A DNA stretch of 64,000 nucleotides from assembly GCA_035063585.1 (NCBI GenBank), contig JAPSGB010000021.1, forward strand, positions 18,696 through 82,695. Reading direction: 5' to 3'. This document shows positions 1 through 9,412 of this stretch, one piece after another. Position 1 is the stretch's first letter. Each line of letters starts with the position of its first letter. The stretch comes from Polyangiaceae bacterium (GTDB lineage: Bacteria > Myxococcota_A > Polyangia > Polyangiales > Polyangiaceae). The notes under the pieces are model-generated. The model worked only from the letters and a program-made list of their open reading frames with translations, had not been told where the DNA came from and made no database searches. A program made the translations under genes and the position numbers.

Positions 1-2
1 CC

Positions 3-1205
3 GAGGTGCCGGTGACGCCGCGCTCGGCGGGGACTGGGCGCACGGGCGGGGCGGTGCCGGTCGCGGGTGGCGTGGTGCTGGTCACGAGCCAGATGAACCA
101 GATAAAGGAGATCGATCGGCGCGAGGGGCTCGCGGTGGTCGAGCCGGGCGTGGTGCTCGCGGAGCTTCACGAGGCGGTCGAGCGCGAGGGGCTCTTCTAC
201 CCGCCCGATCCGAACTCACTCGGGAGCTGCATGCTGGGCGGCAACGTGGCCGAGAATGCCGGCGGCCCTCGCGCGTTCAAGTACGGAGTCACCCGCGAGT
301 ACGTGCTCGGCGTCGAGGCGCTGTTGATGGGCGGAGAGCGCCTCCGCGTGGGGCGCCGCACCCGCAAGGGTGTCACCGGCTACGACGTCACCGGGCTGCT
401 GGTCGGGAGTGAGGGCACGCTCGCGGTGTTCGGCGACGTGACGGTGAAGCTGATCCCCAAGCCCGCAGAGGTCAGCACGCTGATGGTGCTCTTGCCCGCG
501 CTCGCCGGAGCCGCGGAGCTGGTCGCCGAGATCACCGCTCGCGGGATAGTGCCGCGCTGCATCGAGCTCTTCGACTCCGCGACGCTCGCGCTGCTGCGCG
601 ACGCCGGAAATCCTCTCGACACGCGCGCCGACGCCATGCTCCTCATCGAGGTCGATGGCGAGCCCAGCGCCTGTGAGCGGGACGCGGCGCGCATCGGTGA
701 CGCGGCCGAGACGGTGCATGCGCTCGAGGTGCTGGTCGCGCAGGACGCCGCACAGCGCGACCGGCTCTGGGGCGCACGCCGGCAGATGAGCCGACTTACC
801 CGGACCATCGCGAAGAACAAGCTGAGCGAAGACGTCGTGGTGCCGCGGCAGGCGATGGGGGAGCTCCTCGCGCGCGTCCGAACGACCAGTGAGCGCACCG
901 GGGTGCGCTCACTCACCTACGGGCACGCGGGCGACGGGAACCTCCACGTCAACTTCATGTGGGACGAGCCACACGAGCTCCCCAAGGTGGAGCAGGCGAT
1001 CCGCGAGCTCTTCGAGAACGTGGTCGCGCTCCGCGGCACGCTGAGCGGCGAGCACGGCATCGGGATCCTGAAGGCGCCGTACCTCCACCTCGAGCAGTCG
1101 AGCGAGCTGATTGGGCTCCAGCGTGAGCTGAAGCGGGTATTCGATCCGCGCGGGCTCCTGAACCCCGGCAAGATCTTCCCCACCGGCGGGCACGCCGCCT
1201 GCTAG
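3..1205 (+). CDS. FAD-linked oxidase, glycolate oxidase GlcD/D-lactate dehydrogenase family (5' truncated by window edge)
   Basis: Motifs FYPPDP, GGNVAENAGG, KYGVT, GSEGTL, GHAGDGNLH, GEHGIG, FDPRGLLNPGK; frame open from window start. Confidence 0.9.
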   Translation, partial: EVPVTPRSAGTGRTGGAVPVAGGVVLVTSQMNQIKEIDRREGLAVVEPGVVLAELHEAVEREGLFYPPDPNSLGSCMLGGNVAENAGGPRAFKYGVTREYVLGVEALLMGGERLRVGRRTRKGVTGYDVTGLLVGSEGTLAVFGDVTVKLIPKPAEVSTLMVLLPALAGAAELVAEITARGIVPRCIELFDSATLALLRDAGNPLDTRADAMLLIEVDGEPSACERDAARIGDAAETVHALEVLVAQDAAQRDRLWGARRQMSRLTRTIAKNKLSEDVVVPRQAMGELLARVRTTSERTGVRSLTYGHAGDGNLHVNFMWDEPHELPKVEQAIRELFENVVALRGTLSGEHGIGILKAPYLHLEQSSELIGLQRELKRVFDPRGLLNPGKIFPTGGHAAC

Positions 1206-1787
1206 TCAGCGCGCGCGGAAGAGCGTAGCGCGATAGTGCCGAAGCTCGTCGATCGAGTTTCGGATGTCGACCAGCGCGTCGTGCTCCCCGGCCGCGGGCT
1301 TCTGATAGACCGCGTCTTCACCGTACCAGGCGCGCGCGAGGAGCTTCAGCGAGGTGACGTCGATGGTGCGGTAGGAGAGATAGCCCGCGAGCCCCGGCAT
1401 CCAGCGCTCGACGAAGCGCTTGTCCTGGCCGATGGTGTTTCCAGAGAGCACCGCGGGGTACTCGCACCAGCCGACCACGCGCTCCATGAGCTGGCGCTCT
1501 GCGGCGACCAGATCGACGCTGGACCGCCCCACGCGGGCGAGGAGCCCGGTCTTCTCGTGCATGGCGCGGACGAAGGGGACCATCCGCGCGAGGGTGTCGG
1601 GCGGCTGCCACACGTCGAGCACCAGCTCCTCGAGCGGCTCGAGCGCCGCGTTCGTGATGACGAGCGCGGCCTGGAGGATGGCGTCGTTCTGGGCGTCGAG
1701 GCCGGTCATCTCGAGATCGAGCCAGGCGAGGTTATCGGCAGACCTCACTCGGTCGACGCGAGGCTTCCCCGTGTCCTTACCGGTCAT
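1206..1787 (-). CDS. orn: Oligoribonuclease
   Basis: WLDLEMTGL, MHEKTGL, GNTIGQDKRF, YRTIDVTS, HDALVDIRNSIDEL (DEDDh Orn motifs). Confidence 0.92.
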   Translation of the reverse strand: MTGKDTGKPRVDRVRSADNLAWLDLEMTGLDAQNDAILQAALVITNAALEPLEELVLDVWQPPDTLARMVPFVRAMHEKTGLLARVGRSSVDLVAAERQLMERVVGWCEYPAVLSGNTIGQDKRFVERWMPGLAGYLSYRTIDVTSLKLLARAWYGEDAVYQKPAAGEHDALVDIRNSIDELRHYRATLFRAR

Positions 1788-2176
1788 GCGCGTGCCCTCC
1801 GCGGCCGGCGCTTGGGCGGCCGCTGCTTCGACGACCGCCGCTTCGGCGCGGGCTCGTCGCTCCGGATCGGGCTCCGCTTCGATGGCGAGAGCTCGATCTT
1901 CGGCCTATCCTTGCGGCGTCGATAGACGACGAGGACGTGTCCGATGATCTGCGCGACCGCGCTCCCGGTCTCCCGCTCGATCTCGGGCGCCGCGGCACCG
2001 ATCTCGGTGGGGCACTCGCGGCCGAGCTTCACCTTGATGAGCTCGTGCCGCTCGAGCGCCTCGTCGATTTGACGGAGCACCGCCCCGGTGAGCCCGAGGC
2101 GGCCGAGCTGCACGACCGGCTCGAGCGGGTGCGCGAGCGCGCGGAGGTGACGACGCTGAGCCGGGGTGAGGGTCAC
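1784..2176 (-). CDS. yhbY: YhbY/CRM-domain RNA-binding ribosome assembly protein
   Basis: LTPAQRRHLRALAHPLEPVVQLG...HELIKVK...QIIGHVLVVYR; GTG start chosen at 2176; stop overlaps orn start (ATGA). Confidence 0.88.
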   Translation of the reverse strand: MTLTPAQRRHLRALAHPLEPVVQLGRLGLTGAVLRQIDEALERHELIKVKLGRECPTEIGAAAPEIERETGSAVAQIIGHVLVVYRRRKDRPKIELSPSKRSPIRSDEPAPKRRSSKQRPPKRRPRRARA

Positions 2177-2275
2177 GGGCCCCCCGGATACCAGCGCCGG
2201 CGCGTGAGCGCCAGCCGGGACGCTCGCGAGCTCGTGCGGGCTGACGCGGGCCGCGCGAGACGGTACCCTTCGAGG

Positions 2276-3151
2276 ATGATGGGAAGAGCGCTCGGTTGGT
2301 CCGTCGCGCTGGCCGCCCTGGTCGGTCTCGTGGGCTGTGGCGCGGGCGACGACGGCGGCGAGGAGAGCGGTGGGCCGCAGGTTTGCAATGGTCACGCCGA
2401 GCTCTGCGACCGGCACTTCGACGAGGTGGCGTTCCCCGGAACTCACAACTCGATGTCAAGTGAAGATGACGGCTGGGCCGTCCCGAACCAGATCCACGGG
2501 ATCGCTCGACAGCTCGAGGATGGCATCCGCGTGTTCCTCATCGACACCCACGAGGACAAGGGCGAGCTCTACCTCTGCCACTCGGCCTGCATGCTCGGGG
2601 AGATCCCGCTCGGCGACGCGCTCGGGCTCTACGAGAAGTTCCTCACCCAGCACCCGAACGAGCTCATCACGCTCATCATCGAGGACCACATCACCGCGGA
2701 GCAGACGGCCGCGGCGTTCGACGCGAGCGGGCTCACGAAGTTTGCCTACGTTCACCCGGAGGGCGCTGGCTTCCCGACGCTCCGCGAGATGATCGCGAGC
2801 GGCAAGCGGCTCTTGGTGACCGCCGAGAGCGGCGGGCCGCCTCCCGACTGGTATCAAAACGCCTACCAATCGCTCACCTGGGACACGCCCTACTCGTTCA
2901 AGACGCCGGCCGACTTCAGCTGCGCGTTGAACCGAGGCAAGGTCACGAATCCGCTCTTCCTCCTCAACCACTGGCTCGAGGATCCGTTCGCCAGTGAGGA
3001 GAAGAGCGCCGAGGCGAACGCCTATGAGCTCCTCTACGGGCGCGCCAAGCAGTGCTGGGACGAGAGCGGTCGCATCCCGAACTTCGTGGCCGTGAACCAC
3101 TACTCGGTGGGAGAGCTCTTCCGGGTGGTCGATTCGCTGAACGGCCTCTGA
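2276..3151 (+). CDS. PI-PLC X-domain-like phosphodiesterase lipoprotein
   Basis: Lipobox LVGC; CNGHAELCDR..F..GTHNS, QLEDGIR, LCH, LFLLNHW, PNFVAVNHY; ATG at 2276. Confidence 0.8.
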   Translation: MMGRALGWSVALAALVGLVGCGAGDDGGEESGGPQVCNGHAELCDRHFDEVAFPGTHNSMSSEDDGWAVPNQIHGIARQLEDGIRVFLIDTHEDKGELYLCHSACMLGEIPLGDALGLYEKFLTQHPNELITLIIEDHITAEQTAAAFDASGLTKFAYVHPEGAGFPTLREMIASGKRLLVTAESGGPPPDWYQNAYQSLTWDTPYSFKTPADFSCALNRGKVTNPLFLLNHWLEDPFASEEKSAEANAYELLYGRAKQCWDESGRIPNFVAVNHYSVGELFRVVDSLNGL

Positions 3152-3216
3152 CCCTCGCGCGGCGGCGCGCCGCCGGAACTTTCCATCGCAGGGAAATCCT
3201 GGTAGGGGTCGTGTTC

Positions 3217-3819
3217 GTGATCGTCGTCGGCATCGACCCGGGTACGCGGCACCTCGGCTGGGGCGTGGTGCGGCGCGACGGCAGCCGCCTGCGTCACCTG
3301 GCGCATGGGGTCATCGATCTCGACGCGCGCCTGTCGCTCCCGGCGCGGCTCACGCGCATCGACGCAGAGCTGGCCGACGTGATCACGGCGCATCATCCCG
3401 ATGTCGGCTCGGTCGAGAGCCTCTTCTTTCACAAGGACGCGCAGGCCGCCGCCAAGCTGGGTCACGCGCGTGGCGTCGTGCTGCTCGCCTTCGCGCGCGC
3501 CGGGGTCGAGATCGCCGAGTACGCCCCCGCCAAGGTGAAGCGCACCGTCGCCGGCAAGGGTCAGGCCGACAAGCGCCAGATCCAGCTCATGGTGCGCGCG
3601 GTGCTCGCGCTCGACGAGCTGCCGAGGACGGACGCAGCCGATGCGCTCGCCCTCGCGGTGACCCATCTCCGGCTCGGGCCGCTCGCGGCCCGGCTCGCAG
3701 CGCGGCCGGAGCTCGAGCCGTCGAGGGTGCGCGCAAACCCGGCGCTCGCGCGGCTCCGCGCGCGCCGCCGCGCGCCGTCCGCCGCCGCGCTGCTGCTCGC
3801 GGCGCGCACCGCTCGCTAG
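3217..3819 (+). CDS. ruvC: Holliday junction resolvase RuvC
   Basis: GIDPG, VESLFF, LGHARG, EYAPAKVK, GQADKRQ, DAADALA. Confidence 0.95.
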   Translation: MIVVGIDPGTRHLGWGVVRRDGSRLRHLAHGVIDLDARLSLPARLTRIDAELADVITAHHPDVGSVESLFFHKDAQAAAKLGHARGVVLLAFARAGVEIAEYAPAKVKRTVAGKGQADKRQIQLMVRAVLALDELPRTDAADALALAVTHLRLGPLAARLAARPELEPSRVRANPALARLRARRRAPSAAALLLAARTAR

Positions 3820-4069
3820 TCTCGGCGTCGCGTCGGCGGCCGAGCTCGCGCCGCCGGCCGCGCCGGCCCGACCAGCCGGAGTCGTCCAAACCCCTGGTCA
3901 TTCGCTCAGAGGCGAGCCGCACGGAGCGCTCCATGCCGCTCGGGTGGAGCGCGTTAAAGTGTTGGTCCGCAACAGGAAAATCGTGACGCTGCGCGAATCT
4001 CGGGCGGGGCTCGTCCGTCACATCCATTGCAAGCGCGCGGCGCCGCTGCCAAGAAGACCCGAACCCAGG

Positions 4070-4783
4070 ATGTCGTCGATGACTCGGAAATCCCTGCTGG
4101 CTGCTCTCGTGCTCGGTCTCTCGCTGCCCGTCCTCGTCCCGGTTGGGACCGCCGAGGCACAGGCCGGCAAGGCACCGCCGGCGAAACCGGCGCCCGGGGG
4201 CACCCCGACTGCGGCGCAGATCGCCGACCGCGTGCAGGCCTTCTACGACAAGACCCAGAGCTTCGCGGCGACCTTTAGCCAGAGGTACACGGTCAAGGCG
4301 TATAGCAAGGTCAAGAAGAGCGACGGGAGGGTGGTGTTCGCCAAGCCCGGCAAGATGAGCTGGCGCTACAGCAACTCGAACCGCATCGTCTCCGACGGCA
4401 AGACCGTGCTCGTGTACGAGGCCGACAACAAGCAGGCCTACGAGCAGCCGATGGGCAAGAGCCAGTACCCGGCGGCGCTCTCGTTCCTGGTCGGCGAAGG
4501 CAACATCAAGACGGCCTTCAGGCTCAAGCTCCTGCCCGCGGCCAAGATGAAGTTCGAGGGCGGCTACGTGCTCGAGGGGACGCCGAAGTCGCCGACGCCC
4601 GCGTACCAGAAGATCCTATTTTACGTCGATGCCGGGACCTACCAGGTGCGGCGGGTGCTCCTGCTCGACGCGCAGGGAAATCGAAATCAGTTCACCTTCG
4701 AGGCGCCGGTGGTAAACGAGAAGGTGGCCGACTCCGAGTTCAAGTTCACGCCTCCTCCGGGCACGCAGGTCATCAAGCCCTGA
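4070..4783 (+). CDS. lolA: Outer-membrane lipoprotein carrier LolA
   Basis: Signal peptide; F.Q..., G.V.FAKPGKMSWRY, IVSDGKTV.VY, C-terminal FKFTPPPGTQVI. Confidence 0.85.
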   Translation: MSSMTRKSLLAALVLGLSLPVLVPVGTAEAQAGKAPPAKPAPGGTPTAAQIADRVQAFYDKTQSFAATFSQRYTVKAYSKVKKSDGRVVFAKPGKMSWRYSNSNRIVSDGKTVLVYEADNKQAYEQPMGKSQYPAALSFLVGEGNIKTAFRLKLLPAAKMKFEGGYVLEGTPKSPTPAYQKILFYVDAGTYQVRRVLLLDAQGNRNQFTFEAPVVNEKVADSEFKFTPPPGTQVIKP

Positions 4784-4805
4784 GCGGCGTCCGGCACTGC
4801 TCGAC

Positions 4806-5780
4806 ATGGCGGCGGTCCCCGCGACGGTGCTCTCGGGTTTTCTCGGCGCGGGCAAGACGACGCTCCTGAACCGAGTCCTCGACGGCGCGCACGGCGAGCG
4901 CATAGCGGTGCTCGTGAACGATTTCGGCGATGTCGCCATCGACGCGCGCCTGGTCCGCGCCGCCGACGACGACGTGGTGAGCCTCGCGAACGGCTGCGTG
5001 TGTTGCTCGATTCAGGGTGATTTCATGGCGGCCGTGCGTAAGGTGCTGCTCCGCGAGCCACGGCCCGAGCGTCTGCTCATCGAGCTGAGCGGCGTCTCGG
5101 ATCCGGGCAGCGTCGCGCGGAGCTTCGCGGTCATGCAGCGGAGTTGGCCCGTGGATCTCGACGGCGTGGTCGCCGTGGTCGACGCCGAGAACTTCCCCTC
5201 CACGAGCGACCCCGACTACCTGCTCGCGCGCGATCAGCTCGCGCTCGCGGATCTCGTGATCGTGAACAAGACCGATCTCGTGAGCGCAGGCAGGCTCGGC
5301 GAGCTCCGCGCGAGGCTCCGTGACTACCTGCCCCGAGGGCGCTTCGTCGAGGCGCGCGAGGCCGAGGTCCCGCTCGAGATCCTGCTCGGCATCGCCTCGA
5401 CGCGGGAGTTCCCGCTCGAGAGCGCGCGCGGGCACGCCTTCGCCACGTTCACCTATCGCGCGACGCAGGCCCTCTCGCTCGAGCGGCTCCGCGAGGTCAT
5501 GACCGAGCTTCCTCCCGAGGCGTTTCGCGTGAAGGGCACCCTCGACCTCGACGCCGTGCCCGAGCACGAGGCGATCCTCCAGGTCGTCGGGCAGCGCGCG
5601 CGGGTCTCACGCGGACGCCCGTGGGGGGCTCGCGTGCGCCAGAGCGAGCTCGTGTTCGTCGGGCGGCCCGAGCTCGACGATGACGCGCTGCGGCAGAGGC
5701 TCGACTCCTGCGTGCCCGCGGCGCCTCGGCGAGCCTCGCTCGTGGGCGCGCTCGAGTGGCTGAGGCGTCGCCGCGATTGA
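4806..5780 (+). CDS. CobW/COG0523 metallochaperone GTPase
   Basis: GFLGAGKTT, VNDFG, NGCVCC, NKTD, C-terminal RVKG and LVFVG. Confidence 0.9.
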   Translation: MAAVPATVLSGFLGAGKTTLLNRVLDGAHGERIAVLVNDFGDVAIDARLVRAADDDVVSLANGCVCCSIQGDFMAAVRKVLLREPRPERLLIELSGVSDPGSVARSFAVMQRSWPVDLDGVVAVVDAENFPSTSDPDYLLARDQLALADLVIVNKTDLVSAGRLGELRARLRDYLPRGRFVEAREAEVPLEILLGIASTREFPLESARGHAFATFTYRATQALSLERLREVMTELPPEAFRVKGTLDLDAVPEHEAILQVVGQRARVSRGRPWGARVRQSELVFVGRPELDDDALRQRLDSCVPAAPRRASLVGALEWLRRRRD

Positions 5781-5812
5781 CGCCGGGCCGCTCCGCCTGA
5801 AGTTTTGCGAAG

Positions 5813-6451
5813 ATGGAATGTCGCCGAGCGGTCGAGATCCGAGTGGCGGAGCAACCTTCGCCGCTCGGGCGCCTGAGCATCATCGAGGGACCAGCGGGCG
5901 TGCTCGCCGTGTGCTTCGGGCCCGCGCAGCAGTGCGACGCGCTCGAGCGCGTGGGCGCCGCGTTCCAGGCGCCGCTCAACGTGGTCCTCACGCCCCGCGT
6001 CGCGGCGTGCCGCGAGCTCGAGGAGTACTTCTCCGGCGCGCGCCGGAGCTTCGAGGTGTCGCTCGACGGGTCGCTCGTCTCGGGCTTCAAGCGGCGCGTG
6101 CTCGAAGAGCTCGCGCGTGTGCCGTTCGGCAGCCTGGTGACCTACGGTGAGCTCGCGCGGCGCGCCGGGAGTCCGCGCGCCGCGCGCGCGGTCGGCGCCG
6201 CCATGCGCGAGAACCCGCTCCCGATCCTGGTGCCGTGTCATCGCGTGATCGCCTCGGACGGTTCGCTTGGCGGCTACTCCGCCGGCCTCGAGGTCAAGCG
6301 CCAGCTTCACGCCCTCGAGGGCATCGGGCCGCTCGCGGGAGGCTGGGCTCCGTCGCGCGGAGCCTCCGCGCTCGGACCTGGGCTGGACCCGCACGCTAGT
6401 GGACGGCCGAGCGTGGGGGGCCGGTGCGGCGCGGAAGCTCGAGGCGCGTGA
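5813..6451 (+). CDS. ogt: Methylated-DNA--protein-cysteine methyltransferase
   Basis: VPFG..VTYGELA, ARAVG, NPLPILVPCHRVI, LGGY; start uncertain. Confidence 0.88.
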   Translation: MECRRAVEIRVAEQPSPLGRLSIIEGPAGVLAVCFGPAQQCDALERVGAAFQAPLNVVLTPRVAACRELEEYFSGARRSFEVSLDGSLVSGFKRRVLEELARVPFGSLVTYGELARRAGSPRAARAVGAAMRENPLPILVPCHRVIASDGSLGGYSAGLEVKRQLHALEGIGPLAGGWAPSRGASALGPGLDPHASGRPSVGGRCGAEARGA

Positions 6452-6464
6452 TATAGCGGCGTGC

Positions 6465-6986
6465 ATGAAGCGTGAGGGCCCCTTCGCCGTCGCGATCCTG
6501 ACCACCGGCGGGACCATCGACAAGACCTACGACGAGTCGGACGGCTCGCTCCGTAATGCGCGCTCGATCCTCGACGAGCTCCTCCACACGCTCCGTCTTC
6601 CCGAGCTCGCGGTCGAGCTCGTGCCGGTGATGAGCAAGGACTCGCTCGAGATGACCGAGGACGATCGCGTGAAGATCCTGGAGGCTGCCCGGGGCGCGCT
6701 CGAGGGACACGACGCCGTGCTCATCGTGCACGGCACCGACACGCTGGCGGAGACCGGCGAGGTGCTCCATGCCGGGCTCGCCGGGCTCGACGCGCCCGTG
6801 CTCCTCACGGGCGCGATGCGCCCCTATGAGTTTCGCGACACCGACGCGCTCCAGAACGTGACCGAGTCGCTGATCGCCGCGCGCCTGCTCGAGCCCGGCG
6901 TCTACGCGGTGATGCACGGCCGCGCGCTCAGGTTCCCCGGCGTGATCAAGGATCGGGCGAAGCACACCTTCCGCCGCGCCGATTGA
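6465..6986 (+). CDS. Short asparaginase-domain protein (N-terminal domain only)
   Basis: TTGGTIDK, KDSLEM, HGTDT, LTGAMRP, DALQN. Confidence 0.85.
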   Translation: MKREGPFAVAILTTGGTIDKTYDESDGSLRNARSILDELLHTLRLPELAVELVPVMSKDSLEMTEDDRVKILEAARGALEGHDAVLIVHGTDTLAETGEVLHAGLAGLDAPVLLTGAMRPYEFRDTDALQNVTESLIAARLLEPGVYAVMHGRALRFPGVIKDRAKHTFRRAD

Positions 6987-7044
6987 ACCGCGGCTCTGCT
7001 CCCGCCGCCCCTGCGCGGCCAGCGCGATGGCTCGCGAGCGGGCG

Positions 7045-7593
7045 TCAGCTCGGCGCGGCGAGCGGCGCCCGCAGGAGCGCGCCGTCGAGCGTCTCGCCGT
7101 CCAGGGTGAGGTAGAGGCGATCCTCCGAGCGGGTGAGCTCGAACGTGGCGTTCCGCTCGAGTCGCGCCTCGAGGGCGTCGAGCAGCGCGGGCTCGAAGGC
7201 GAACAGCTCGAGCTCGTGAGCGCGGTGTACGGGTCGAGCTCGCGCGACGCGGAGCGCGGATTCGAGGTCGCGATGGGTGAACACCACGACTCGCCGGCTC
7301 GCCTTGCTCGCTTTGTGCAAGCGCTCGGCGCTGGGCGTGCCAATCTCGACCGTGAGCGCGAGCAAGCCGTCGGCGTCGTGCAGCCAGATGGCGGGCTCGT
7401 CCGTGGTGCTGAGCCCCTTCGTGAAGGTGAGGCCTGGCTCGTAGACGAGGCAGTACGCGAGCACGCGCGTCACGAGGTAGCGCGCGCTCTCCGAAGGGTG
7501 CCGCGCGACCCGGAGATCGAGCGCTTCGTAGATTCCACGATCGACGTCCGAGAGCGTGATCTGAAAGCGATGGATGGTCGAGCCGGCGGCCAC
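7045..7593 (-). CDS. yaeQ: YaeQ family protein
   Basis: LSDVDRGIY, ARHPSES, KGLSTTDEPAIW, EIGTPSAERLHKA; GTG start 7593. Confidence 0.88.
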   Translation of the reverse strand: MAAGSTIHRFQITLSDVDRGIYEALDLRVARHPSESARYLVTRVLAYCLVYEPGLTFTKGLSTTDEPAIWLHDADGLLALTVEIGTPSAERLHKASKASRRVVVFTHRDLESALRVARARPVHRAHELELFAFEPALLDALEARLERNATFELTRSEDRLYLTLDGETLDGALLRAPLAAPS

Positions 7594-7709
7594 GCCCGCG
7601 CACCATACCAGGCTCTCCGCGCTCGGTCGGGCAAACCCCGAGGGCCGCCGCCGGCGTTCGGACGCAGCGAGAACCGCCGCGGGGGCTCCCGAGTAGACTC
7701 GTCCTCTAG

Positions 7710-9239
7710 CTACCGCTCCGCCGCGCGGCCTTCTCGCCGGCGGCGGAGGCTCGCCGCCGCTGCGAGCGACAGCGCCAGCCAGAGCGGCGACGACGGGGAG
7801 CGCCCGCTCGCGCTGCAACCGCCGGCGCTGCCCGAGTTGCCGGCTCCGCTCGCGGCCACGACACCAGCCGCGCCGCCCGCTCCGCTCGGCGCACCGGCCG
7901 CGCCGCCCGCGGGAGCGCCCGCCGCGCCGCTCGCCCCACCCGCGCCCGCGCCTCCCGTGAGGCACATGCTCGAGCAATCGGTCGGGCAAGACTGGCACGA
8001 GCAGTACTCGACCAGGCTGTAGTCGTCGGCTCCTCCGGGGTTCGCGGCCTTGCACGCCTCGAGGCATGCGGAGTCCGAGCACTGATCGACGCAGGTGAGG
8101 AGCGACTTGCAGGCTGGGTTCCCCTCGCAGGAGTTGATCGTGTTCAGGCAGTGGCCGAGGCGGCAGCTGTCGCAGCCGCCTCCGGACGGGATCGGCTGGC
8201 AGACTTTCTCCGTGATCGTCTGCCGGCTCACCGTGATGGTGCCCTCGCTGCAATACATGCCGGTCGGGCAAGAGGTCGTGGCGCAGAAGTCCGAGCAGTA
8301 CCCGCCGTTCGTCTGACAGAGCAGGGACAGGCAGTCGGCGCCTGTCTTGCACGGTCCTTGACCGGTCGGGAGCTTCGGCGGAGTCGAGGTGGGCGGCGAG
8401 CCGGGGTCGAGGACGGGCGAGCCGCCCGCTGCCGCGAACGCCGCGAGGATGAGGGTCCGCTGGGTGTCGACTCGGGTGTAGATCGGGGTGTCCTGCGGGT
8501 TCGAGCAGGATTGAGAGCGCGAAGCCAGGCCGATGATCGCGCCCGACGCCGCGATGAGCGGGCCGCCCGAGTCGCCGGAACAGATCCCCTGGCCCGCCGC
8601 TAGCTCGCCGGCGCCGATGAGCGCGTTCCAGTCCGGGCCCACACTCAAGACCGGCACGTTGCCGCGGCGACGTCGCGTCCCGGCGGTCCAGCCTTGGGAA
8701 TCGTTGGTCATGCCGTAGCCCACCGCCGTCGCGAGCTCACCGATCACCGGGCCCCAGTCGAGGCGGATCGGGACCAGCGGGACGCTCGTGATGGCGGTGT
8801 CGAGCACGACCAAGCCGATGTCGTTGGTGCAGAGGTTGTTACCGTCTGGGTGCAGGATCTGCGTCCCGTGCGCCACCGTCTGGCCGGGGCTCGAGCCAAG
8901 GTGCACGCCGATCCGTGAGGGGTCGTGATCGGCGCCGACGTGATCGCCGTTCTGCGAGCCGCCGTAGATGTCGCACGCGATGCCCTCGGTCACGTTCTGC
9001 GAGACGCAGTGCCGAGCCGTGATGACGAGCTTGGGCGCGATGAGTGAGCCGGTGCATGCCCCGCCGCCCGGCAGGGTCAGCATCACGACACCCTCGTGGG
9101 CTCCACTCCCGTCGTCGAGCACGCCGCCGTTGATGGCCTCTCGGTGCTCGCCAACCGGTGGGTTCGGCGCCGAAGCGGAGCACGCCGTGACTGTCGACGC
9201 GAAGGAGAGGAACGTGACAAGCTGAAAGAGTCGGGTCAT
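7710..9239 (-). CDS. Secreted S1 (trypsin-like) serine protease with Cys-rich domain and MYXO-CTERM-type anchor
   Basis: Lipobox-like VTAC; TARHC, NDIGL, GDSGGP triad; C-terminus GGCS..hydrophobic..RRRR. Confidence 0.88.
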   Translation of the reverse strand: MTRLFQLVTFLSFASTVTACSASAPNPPVGEHREAINGGVLDDGSGAHEGVVMLTLPGGGACTGSLIAPKLVITARHCVSQNVTEGIACDIYGGSQNGDHVGADHDPSRIGVHLGSSPGQTVAHGTQILHPDGNNLCTNDIGLVVLDTAITSVPLVPIRLDWGPVIGELATAVGYGMTNDSQGWTAGTRRRRGNVPVLSVGPDWNALIGAGELAAGQGICSGDSGGPLIAASGAIIGLASRSQSCSNPQDTPIYTRVDTQRTLILAAFAAAGGSPVLDPGSPPTSTPPKLPTGQGPCKTGADCLSLLCQTNGGYCSDFCATTSCPTGMYCSEGTITVSRQTITEKVCQPIPSGGGCDSCRLGHCLNTINSCEGNPACKSLLTCVDQCSDSACLEACKAANPGGADDYSLVEYCSCQSCPTDCSSMCLTGGAGAGGASGAAGAPAGGAAGAPSGAGGAAGVVAASGAGNSGSAGGCSASGRSPSSPLWLALSLAAAASLRRRREGRAAER

Positions 9240-9412
9240 GCGGGGTGCCGTAGTCTGTCACCAAAGCTCGGGGTGCCGCCAGTCGCGAGGCGCCGCTATA
9301 GCTTCCCTCTACAATTTCACCCTGAGCGCGCGCGGCACGATTGTCGGTGGAATGCCGCGCGCCGCTCGCACGCGCTGCGAATCGCACCCCGCCGTCGCGC
9401 GTTGAGGCCAGC

